Assembly: GCF_018350175.1 (NCBI RefSeq)
Contig: NC_058368.1
Span: forward strand, 79,856,001-79,920,000
From: Felis catus
Taxonomy: Eukaryota
Length of the DNA: 64,000 nt
Direction of reading: 5' to 3'
In this document: positions 37,506 to 47,498 of the stretch, in pieces
Position numbering within the stretch: position 1 is the stretch's first letter
Layout of the letters: each line of letters begins with the position of its first letter
The notes under the pieces: generated by a model
What the model was told of the DNA's origin: nothing
What the model saw: only the letters and a program-made list of their open reading frames with translations
Databases searched by the model: none
Position numbers and translations under genes: made by a program

Positions 37506-38747
37506 TGGTGGCCAACTGATTTTTGACAAAACTGTCAAGACTCTCCAATGGGGAAAAGACAGTCTCTTTAATAAATGGTGTAAGACAACAGGATACACAC
37601 ACGCAAAAGAGTGTAGCTGGTTCCCACCCTCACACCACATACAGAAATTAATTCATAGTGGACCAATGACCTAATGTAAGAGCTAAAATCATTAAACACT
37701 TACAGGAGAACATAGGGGTAAATGTTCACGGCCTTGGGTTTGGAAATGCGTTCTTTGATATGACATGAGACCGAGCAGCCAAAGAGAAATAGATAAATTG
37801 TAACTAATCATGATTGTAAAATTTTGTGCATCAAAGAACGTTATCAAGAAAGTAAAAAGGCAGCCAACAGGACGGAAGAATATATTTGCAAATCGTGTAT
37901 CTGGTAAGAATCTGCATACAGAATAAAGAACATTTACCAAAAAAAAATTTTTTTTTTAATAGGCAAAGGACTTAAAGCTCTTTCTTCAAAGAACATACAT
38001 AGATGGCCAACAAGCACATGAAAAGATGCTCGACATCATCAGAAATTAGGGAAATGCAAGTCAAAACCACAAGGAGATACCACCTCACACCCAGTGGAAG
38101 GGCTACAGTCAACAGAAAATGGCACGTGTTGGAGACGATATGAGAAATGGGAACCGTGGCACATTGTTGGCAGGGGTGGAAAACAGTTCAGCTTCAAAGC
38201 AAAAGAATATGATGGTCCCACAAAAAGTTAGACTCCAGTAACCACAGGACTCTTCAAGGCCACTCCTTGTTACCTACTCCAAAGAATTGAGAGCAGGGAT
38301 GTCAATATGGAGCCGTCATGTTCACAATAGCCAGAAGGTCCCAACAGCCCACACACCCATCAGTGGATGAACGGCTAACCAAACTGGTATATCCATCCAA
38401 TGGACATTCTTCAGCCATCAAAACCAGCGAAGAACTGACACGTGCCACAGGGTGGGTGAACATCCAAACCATTATGCTCAGTGAGAGAAATCAGACACAG
38501 CAGCCACACACTGGATTATCCCACTGCCTGAAATCCAGAGTCAGAAAATCCAGACTTGCAGCTGACTGGTGGTTTCCAGGGGTTGGGAGCCACTGTTGAC
38601 TGGCTCTGGATTCGGGGTGATGAAAAATACCTCTAGTTAACATAGACGTAGTGAATTCACATTGCGGCTGTCCTAAATGCCACTGAAGGGTTGGCTTTCT
38701 GGTGGTGAATTTTAAGTTATGTGAATGTCATCAATTAAAAAAAATTA
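37506..38747 (+). mobile_element. Second L1 3' fragment inserted into the larger L1
   Basis: The late-ORF2/3'UTR region occurs twice in series; diverged TSD 37487-37505/38748-38766. Confidence 0.7.
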
Positions 38748-39086
38748 CAAGTGGGTCACAGATCACAATGTAGTCAGTGAAATCATAAAGCTTGCAGAAG
38801 AAACCAGGAGAAAATCTTAGTAACCTAGGAGTAATCAAAAAGTTCTTAAACACAATACCAAAAGCACATCCCATGGAAAAGATATGGATAAATTGGACAC
38901 CATCAAAATGAAAAACCTTAGCTCTGTGGAAGATACTGTTAGGAGGATGAATTTGCAAATCACCTATCTAGCAAATGGCTGACAAGCAGAGCATCCAAAG
39001 AATTTTTAAAACTCAACAGTATGAAAAGGGACATTTTTCAAGTGGGCAAAATTTAATAGATACTTCAAAGAAGAGGAGGTGTTGAT

Positions 39087-39119
<33 letters not shown>

Positions 39120-39394
39120 TGCCATGAAGATGGTTGACGTCATTAGCCATCCAGGAAATGCAAATTAAAAGCCTGACCACACACCACTACCTATTAGAAT
39201 GGCTAACAAAAACACACTGACAATTCCAAACGTTGGGGAGAATGTGGGGCTCTCACACGTTGCTGGAAGTAATGCAGAATGGTACAGCCACTCTGGAAAA
39301 CAGTCTGGCAGTTTTTCTCACTGTCAAACATACAATTATCATATGACCCGGCAATCTTAGTCCTGGGTACTTACCCTAAAGAAATAAAAACCCA

Positions 39395-39541
39395 GGGCAC
39401 CTGGGTGGCTCAGTCAGCTAAGTTTCCGACTTCGGCTCAGGTCATAATCGCGCGGTTCGTGGGTTCCAGCCCCGCGCTGAGCTCTGTGCTGACAGCTCGG
39501 AGCCTGGAGCCTGGTTCGGATTCTGTGTCTCCCTCTCTCTC
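39395..39541 (+). mobile_element. CAN-SINE running into the assembly gap
   Basis: SINEC head and body, cut at the CT tract. Confidence 0.9.
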
Positions 39542-39673
39542 NNNNNNNNNNNNNNNNNNNNNNNNNNNNNNNNNNNNNNNNNNNNNNNNNNNNNNNNNNN
39601 NNNNNNNNNNNNNNNNNNNNNNNNNNNNNNNNNNNNNNNNNNNNNNNNNNNNNNNNNNNNNNNNNNNNNNNNN
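39542..39673. other. Assembly gap (132 N)
   Basis: Run of n. Confidence 1.
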
Positions 39674-40084
39674 CACCAAAAACTGGAAATAACCCACATG
39701 TCTTTCGACAGGTGAACGATGCGGTGTATTTAGGTAATCCCACTGAGCCATGAAAGGGAATAAGCCATCAATGCACACGATAATTTCGGAGGAGTGTCAA
39801 ATGCATCACGGTGGGTGGAGGACAGTCTCCAAGGTTACACACTCTATTATTCTGTTCATGAAGAGGTGTATCACAGTGATGGAGCTCGGTGGTTGGATGC
39901 CAGGGTTAGGGTAGGGGGGATTTCAGTGGCTCGAACTCTTCTGTGGACTGATTTGGATTATGCTTACATGGACCTCCCCATATGTTACATCTGTAGACCT
40001 GTCCATCAACATAAATCAATTGTACTGTAGGAGAATTTTAAAAATAAAACATAAAAGCTGCTCTCAGAATAATGGACAGGATCT

Positions 40085-40250
40085 GGGGCACCTGGGTGGC
40101 TCAGCTGGCTTAGTGTCTGACTCTTGATTTCAGCTCAGGTCATGATCTCCCGGTTTGTGTGGTCGAGCCCCGAGTTGGGATTCTCTCTCTCTCTGTCTCT
40201 CTCTGTCTCTCTCTGTCTCTCTCAAAATTAATAAACATTTAAAAAATAAA
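40085..40250 (+). mobile_element. CAN-SINE, internally deleted
   Basis: aatggacaggatctgg/aatgcacaggacctgg flanks. Confidence 0.88.
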
Positions 40251-40654
40251 AATGCACAGGACCTGGATGTTGGGATCCAAGGTGTCATTATCATCTTCTT
40301 TGCACTTTCCCATCTATACACACCTGTATTTAGTAACTAGTGATTTATAATCAATCAGTTTTAGACGCAGAAACAAACTCTCCCAATGGCCACCACATCT
40401 CTGTTCCTTCAGTAAGAACCCAGCCTGATGGTTTCAGTGTACTGCACAATCCCATGCATGCATCAAAGGGAAGCAAACGAACCCTTCTTTCTCACCAGTT
40501 TTATCACAGATAGGTGGGAGGTGACTGAACCTACACCTTGAATGATGTTTCCTGATCAAGCATGGGAAGTCACATTCACACTGTCCCATATCATCCTCAC
40601 TACAGCAATGGCAGGTACGACAGCCCAGAACGTTGCAATATTTAGAGCTTTTCC

Positions 40655-40714
40655 TTTTTTTTTTTTAAGTTTATATACTTATTGAGAGAGAGAGAGAGAG
40701 AGAGTTGGGGGAGG

Positions 40715-40752
<38 letters not shown>

Positions 40753-40877
40753 CCCAAGTAGGCTCTATGCTGTCAGCACAGAGCCCCATGTGGGGCTCAA
40801 ACCCATGAACTGTGAGATCACGACCTGAGCCATAATCAAGAGTCGGATGCTCAACTGACTGAGCCACCCGGGAGCCC
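40655..40877 (-). mobile_element. CAN-SINE
   Basis: Reverse body with (GA)n. Confidence 0.92.
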
Positions 40878-41316
40878 GTAGATCTTTTTCTTGGACACAC
40901 AGGGTCAGACTCATTTTCAGGGATCATGTTTTAACCAGGTTTAAAGAATCTGGCATCTTCTTTCCAACTTTAAGTAAGACTTACGCACCTATCGTTGCAT
41001 AACCACAATCTCGGTGCTAATCCCTACCGAATCTTACTTTTAGTGGCTGGAAATGTATGTTGTTCATATCTGTTTATCTGTTTATCTTGTATCTAACTGG
41101 GATTTGAAGAGTGGCAAATCCTTGGTACACATACAATGAGTGCATGGATGGGTGGGTGGATGGATGGATGGATGGACAGAAGGGAGGGAGGGAGGAAAGG
41201 TGAAGAAGATCAATCGGTTTTTTCTTTGTAGCAATTTCTGTGAATCACACCCAGTCTGGCTCTCATTTGGAATAACTGCAAAATAAAAATGATCTAAGGC
41301 ACGCAACGCTTACAAA

Positions 41317-41322
41317 TTTATT
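41317..41322 (-). terminator. Additional, more distal AATAAA
   Basis: tttatt on +, 88 nt beyond the 41405 signal; an ATTAAA at 41342-41347 lies between them. Confidence 0.4.
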
Positions 41323-41404
41323 AGTGGCCGGTGCAGTAACTTTTAATGTTTCTGTGGCAATACTAGCAACAAATTAATAAAAGCTTAATTTTTATACAAA
41401 TAGT

Positions 41405-41410
41405 TTTATT
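41405..41410 (-). terminator. Likely main distal polyadenylation signal AATAAA
   Basis: tttatt on +; UGUA motifs upstream and U/GU-rich sequence downstream in mRNA sense. Confidence 0.75.
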
Positions 41411-41993
41411 ACAAATTTGAATTTGTAAGAAATACACATGTCAAGAAATTACATAAAAGGCCTTAGTAGTCTTAAAACCGTGTTGGAGACTTTTGGTGCA
41501 AGGTCATTGCCTTGCATTGACAGTGCAAGGTCATTGCCAGTGGTCAATCCTGCTCTCCTGTGATCCGTCCGCTCCCTGCTGACGTCTGCACGCAGCTCGC
41601 CGGAGCGAGCAAGCCACCCGGAGGCGATTACACGGGGGGAATACTGATACTAGGGTTCAACTGAGCTGTTTTGCACACCAGGCCGCAGAACGACGAATAC
41701 GAAGTAAACGAAGGCCTTTTACGGTTTTGCTGGTTCTGAAGTCAGGTCATTCGGTTGTGATTAGTGTTTAAAACCCTGAAGACATTTAATACAGAATACA
41801 AACAATAAGCTCAGAGTACATGTTTCACTGGAGCAGACGCCGCGCTCGTGGACCTGGGTTTGGCTTTGGCGATACACGCGTTTTGGTTTGGAGGTGAACA
41901 ACGAAAACGGGACGTGTCACATTCAACACCCGGGTGTTTAAAAATCTATGTGAAAGGACAACACAGTCTTTTCAAGGAAGAAACTACGTAAGC

Positions 41994-42475
41994 TTTATTT
42001 TAACAGTGGAAATGAAACAAACCTTTGACCTAATCGCTGACATCTATATAAATTACTAAAATAATATATATATTTAATTTCCGCCTACTTTTGGACCATC
42101 TTTATTCCACAGGAAATTTGTGATTTCTGCACAAGCAGCTGCATAGTACCACACAGAGCAGAAAGACCTACATTTACGTCTGGGGGTTGGAAGATTCGGT
42201 GGCTGAGCCATTCCATCAGCAGGCCCGGAACACTGTTCTCGCGGGACCCACTCGTGTACGGGCCCAGGGACCTGCGCTTGGAAACAGCTTGACGGTGACG
42301 TAAACAAACATCCCATCCGGGGGAGGGAATGCACCTGTCCCAACACAAGAGTGGACACAGGCGTTCAGACACAATGGAAGGCCCCGCGCACCTGCTAGCA
42401 CCCTTTGGTTTTCTGATGGAGTTCGTACTTCACGCATCAGTGCATTGGCTTCAAGAACAGACTTACACTTTTATT
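41994..42475 (-). terminator. Three candidate proximal poly(A) signals (AATAAA at 42470-42475, 42101-42106, 41994-41999)
   Basis: Exact hexamers seen; usage unknown. Confidence 0.45.
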
Positions 42476-42690
42476 TCATCAAAAGTGCCATTTGGTGCGT
42501 CACTATGACAGCTTATCATGCTCTTTGTTTCTCCTTCAGCGAGTAGAGGCCACCGAAGCGGGGTGTGCTAGTTAGGCAAATTCCTATAAGGCACTTTACG
42601 GCTTTCATACTGGACAGTGAGGTACACAGGATATATTTCTAGGGTTCGTTGCTGTTAACAAGAGAAGGGGGAGAGGAGGGAGTAGCACCA
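42396..42690 (-). promoter_or_regulatory. miRNA seed-site cluster in the proximal 3'UTR
   Basis: miR-29 8mer TGGTGCTA 42683-42690 and 7mer-A1 42396-42402; let-7 7mer-A1 42618-42624; miR-124 8mer GTGCCTTA 42587-42594; miR-21 7mer-m8 42510-42516; miR-148/152 8mer TGCACTGA 42437-42444. Confidence 0.75.
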
Positions 42691-42720
42691 TGTTGTACGT
42701 TAGCTGAGGGCCGGGTTTCA

Positions 42721-42802
42721 TTATGTTCTTCTCATACAGACTTGGCAACGGCTGACGTGTGTGCGCAGCTCCCCCGCCTTCAAGGTGGACGGCGTGGGCT
42801 TC
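42721..42802 (-). CDS. COL4A1: COL4A1 terminal exon (52 equivalent), coding part
   Basis: 82 nt, tgtag|GAAGCCC...; [29 protein letters not shown], followed immediately by an in-frame TGA; contains NC1 Lys211. Confidence 0.98.
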
Positions 42803-44346
42803 CTACAAGGCAACCCAGAAACCAGCTGTCAGCGCCGCTGCTCCACGAGGCAGGCGAGCCCCTCAGCAGCCCCCACCTTTCCTGGAGCCCCCCCCCCCCG
42901 AGGGGCCGGATGAAGGGGGTGGGCCCAGCCCATGACAAGCAGCGACCACTGCTCGCCCTGACCTAGTGGGCACCGCGCTGGGTGTCACCCGCCCTCACAG
43001 TGCGGGGAGGGACAGGGGCCGTGCACGACATCACGTCACCCCCATGCGTGGCCGTGAGGCTGGTGGTGGCCCAATCGCACGCACAGGTGAGGGCACAGCC
43101 ACAGCCATCCCGTGCCTGTTGGGCTCTAAAGTCTGAGCCACTCCCAGGGCACCGCACAGCCTCCTTGGACTGTGACTTTCCCACTCCAACCTTTCTCCTT
43201 GACCAGACCACTCGCTCCTCCCGGGGAGGAAGGTGCTCTTCTCTGTGACCCTTCACACACAGAGGGAGAGCTCATTAAACATTGGTTGTAGGGTGTGATG
43301 AGCAATGAATCTGGAACAATTAACCAGACCTCGAAATACTTTCATAAGCTTTTGCCAGAGTTCTATGCAGGTGGTCGGACTGGAGGCCAGAGGGGAAGAC
43401 AGTTAGTGTCCCAAATGCTCTTTGATCCTAGGAATTCTGTCTTAAGTTGACCGTTAGTGGGGTGAAGTCAGAACCGAAGTTGGCACTAACCAAATTCTAC
43501 TAAAAAGGTAGCCACAGAAAACAAGTAACTTGTCCTCAAATTAAGGCTGCTTCTAAGCAACTTCTATGAAAACCATATTGCCCCTAAACTAATTATTTAA
43601 ATTAATAGGATCTTATCTAATTTTGTTTTAGTTCATCGTACCAGGCTGCTGTTCTATTAACCCTATAATGGAAGCCCGAGAACCTGATACACCTGCCGAG
43701 TGCTCAGTGAGGCAGCTGATGGTTAAGCTTTATCCGGAGAGTTGATGTCAAGCTTCCAAATGCCTGCAGGGTTTCATGTACGCTATGAATTAGGTCCCCG
43801 GTACTTTTTTGGTGCTTAAAGAATTACAAACAGAGAGTGTGTTACTCTGTCTCTTATGATCTAAGCCCAGGAAGAGAGGGGCTCACAACAGAGTTCCAGA
43901 AAATTCTCTCTGAAAAGGTAAAGGCAGAAAGGCTTGTCCCCAGGGGCGAGCGGCACTTATTTCGGGAAGGAACAGTAAGCATTGGGGCTCCATCAGCCTC
44001 GTGTCTGCCCCAGCAGGGGATGGGGCCAGTGCTGCCAAAGGACAGAGGACTCGTCGTGTGCTCCCCTCCATCCCCACCGTGCAGGCCCCACACTGACTTC
44101 AGCAAGGTCAGCAGCCATTTGGGACAGCTGTCATAAAGGTGAAGTGGTGCTAGCAGAAAAGAAAGGTAAGGTCCTCCCTATCAATTTCAGCTGCACTTGT
44201 GCCAAAATTCATGTTTATTTGCATGGGTTTAATAAAGTCTTGCTTCGTCCCTCAGAACTCACTCTGTACATACACTGGAGTCGGCACTACAACTGCTAGA
44301 AGGCAAATACTGCCCTTTCCTCTCTCACCAATGTTAAATGTGCAAT

Positions 44347-44604
44347 ATTTTTATTTTTTGAATTTTTAAAAATGTTTGATTTATTTATTTTGAGAGAGTG
44401 TGTGTGCGTGCAAGCAGGGGAGCAGCAGAGACAGACGGCAGGGGCAGGGGTGGGGGGGAGAGAAAGAGAGAGAGATTGCCAAGCAGGCTCTGAGCTGTCA
44501 GAGCCCTGAGCCCCATGCAAAGCTCGATCCCACGAACTGTGAGACCATGACGTGAGCAGAAATCAAGAGTCAGAAGCTAACTGACTGAGCCACCGAAGTA
44601 CCCC
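44347..44604 (-). mobile_element. CAN-SINE in the last COL4A1 intron
   Basis: TSD caatattttt. Confidence 0.88.
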
Positions 44605-44842
44605 CAATATTTTTAAATGCTCTGTTTAAAGACTCCAGATGCTTTAACTACACTGTAGTGGCGCCACCTACAAAAATGGAAGAACTGAACCCATAACTTG
44701 AGATCTGCCTTTGAAGTCTGACCCGGTTATCTGTCCACACAGAACAGAATCGAATATTCATTACCTCCTGTGGAACACACGTTCCTAATCAGTTTTATAA
44801 CCATCCAGAAGACCAAGACTGAAAGCCCCAAAGGCGGCTGAG

Positions 44843-45240
44843 CAGCAGAGAGGCCCCGCCCCAGCAGAGAGGGCCCCGCCCCAAGAGCAGAGAGGGCCCC
44901 GCCCCAGCAGAACAGAGGGCCCCGCCCCAGCAGAGAGGCCCCGCCCCAACAGAGGCCCTGCCCCAGCAGGGAGGCCCCGCCCCAGCAGAGGCCCTGCCCC
45001 AAAAACAGAGAGGCCCCGCCCCAGCAGACAGGCCCTACCCCAACAGCAGAGAAGGCCCTGCCCCAGCAGAGGTCCGATGCCAGCAGAGAGGCCCCTCCCC
45101 AACACCAGAGAGGGCCCGCCCCAGCAGAGAGGCCCCGCCCCAGCAGAGGCCCCGCCCCAACACCAGAGAGGCCCGCCCCAGCAGAGAGGCCCCTCCCCAA
45201 CACCAGAGAGGGCCCCTTCCCAGCAGAGAGGGCCGCCCAG
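44843..45240. repeat. GC-box minisatellite, about 20 units of 17-23 bp (consensus cagcagagaggccccgcccc)
   Basis: Counted by eye; abuts the exon 51 donor. Confidence 0.95.
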
Positions 45241-45245
45241 ACTTA

Positions 45246-45554
<309 letters not shown>

Positions 45555-47383
45555 CTAACTCGGCATGGCCAGTCCGGCTTCATCAGCACTTAGAGAAATG
45601 CTGTCCTAGTTATTATTTTTGAAACACTTGACACCTCCTCTAACTTGGGACAGAAGAAACAGCCAAAATGTGTAAATGATGTTGGAACCCATACATGCAA
45701 AATCAAGCTTTCTAATCAACATCCTGGAGGATAATTAAAATCCTGAATTTGCTGCATTGGATGCTATGTATCCTTTTATAAGGTAAAGAACAATCACCCA
45801 TTACTTGCCTTTAAAAAGAGAGATCATTTAAAGAAGAAGAAAAAAAAGTAACCACTACTGTAACTTAAAATGCACTTTAGTCTAATGGGTTCAAGTAGGA
45901 TCTACCTGTGCTCAGAAACCAGGGCCATAAGATAAATGACCCCAAATGAGACAAGACATTCCAAAATCCACCATCACTATTATTTCAGACATGAGAATTT
46001 CAGGGCCCTTTGAAGACAAAGCTAATGCCCTCCATTCCCAGATGAGGACTGGATGACGCTAGAACATTCTGGATCTGACAATGGTCCCAGTTTTGAGGCC
46101 AAGCTGAGACAAGAACAGGGGTCTCCAGACTGTGGGGCCAGAGCCCCTCCACCTCCCCACAATGCCCCTTAAGCCTGGGAAGTGATGGAGAACTTGCTCC
46201 CTGGGACACCATTACTTTAGTTTGCTCTTGATTTAGGGAAATTATGGGCAATCATTGTTTCACATCTTTGTAGGACAAAAGGCTTTCCTGAGGCTCTTTA
46301 CTCCTTGGGCCAGGGGCTACTTGTGTCATCACGAGGTTCTGCTGAGTATTTCTTATGATTATACAGGCAAAACATTCAATCTGTCTCATCACTGCTGGTG
46401 TCTTGACTTCTCTACACTGTAGTTCTAACTTTTTGGCTTTCCCAATCAAGTAGTTACCATGCAGTATTTAGAACCATCAAAGCAACTAACTTTCTGTGTG
46501 GCTGCAAATTCTCTGGTCCTGTTGAAGAGTCTACCTGAAGCATCATCAACCCAGGAAATCTCACAACCAAACGTGAATACAGACACAAGTGCTTTAAAAT
46601 TGCTTTTCTGGCACCTTCTGCACTTGGGATCACTGCAGCAGAAGAAAACAGTTATGAAGCCACTTTCCCAGTCAATACATAATAGGCTAGAGATCATCTG
46701 GGGGTCAAAACGTCCAGGCGGCCATACCTGAGACTGAGGAGGGGCGGGGCTTAGTGTGAGCCAGAAGGTTTCCGTGCAGGGCCCTTACTGTGGCTTACCC
46801 GGTACAACCTGACTTGACCGGTTCAGAGCCTTCATATATGCAATCACTTCTTTAAACTGAGGCAATAAAATAAAGTAACCAGCCACCATGGGATCACAAG
46901 CAGGTGCCATATTTCCTGTGTTAACTGGTATTTCAGGGGTGGGCACATCGGACACCTGGTGTCTGGGACAGCTGAGTGGCAGGAGAGTGTCCTCACGCTC
47001 CCAGACACTGGCCAGAGCCCCTGCTGCCTCTGCCCGATGCACACCACTGCTTCAGGCTTGCATGAGCTGCCTGAATGGGCACCCGTCTCCTCTCCTCCTG
47101 GGGAGACGCTCTGACTCCCGGAAACCTTCTCCTGGTGTCCCTGCCACCTAGTTCTGGAGCAGCCCCTCGGGAGGCAGGAGGTAGGCTCCGGCCGGGTGTG
47201 GGAGCAGCTGCCATCCACAGTGGAGCAGGCCAGGCCCCTGGGGATGCTTTGGACTGGGCGGCCCAGCAAGGGAAGAGAGGCCTGCCCGGCATGAGCCAGC
47301 CAACTGAGGGTGGGAGCATGGAGGCGGTGGTAGTGTTAGCGGGAGGCTCTTCAGGGGTGCAGGGAGTTTCCCCAAATGCTCAC

Positions 47384-47498
47384 CATCACGAAGGAATAGC
47401 CAATCCAGAGGGAGGACCAGCCGCTGGGACACTGCGGAATCTGGATGGTCTGGCTGTGCACGGCCATCACCATGGCTGGAGCCTCGCACACCGCACAC
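47384..47498 (-). CDS. COL4A1: COL4A1 exon 50 equivalent, NC1
   Basis: 115 nt, ttccag|GTGTG...ATG|gtgagc; [38 protein letters not shown] (translated by hand). Confidence 0.97.

Larger units (their letters stand above)
34330..40050 (+). mobile_element. Decayed L1M element (end of ORF1, ORF2, 3'UTR) with nested insertions
   Basis: ORF2-like remnants (DAEKALDKIQHPVMIKTL, gaggtgctggccagtgca, QPLWKTVWQF); many stops and frameshifts. Confidence 0.9.
41385..42720 (-). other. COL4A1: COL4A1 3'UTR (distal end approximate)
   Basis: Repeat-free sequence after the stop codon, with miRNA seed sites and several AATAAA hexamers on the minus strand. Confidence 0.85.

Noticed and set aside
34330-40050. Active LINE-1 or a domesticated ORF2
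   Set aside because: No long ORF remains; multiple stops, frameshifts and nested insertions.
41295-41304. miR-124 gene copy on the + strand
   Set aside because: Identity stops after 10 nt and there is no precursor hairpin.
41510-41535. Iron-responsive element (CAGTGC)
   Set aside because: The motif is on the non-mRNA strand and its flanks do not form the 5-bp upper stem with a C bulge.
44647-44672. Overlapping palindromes actaca-c-tgtagt and tgtag-tggcgcca-c-ctaca with a CTCF half-motif
   Set aside because: Short arms are expected by chance in 64 kb and the CTCF match is incomplete.
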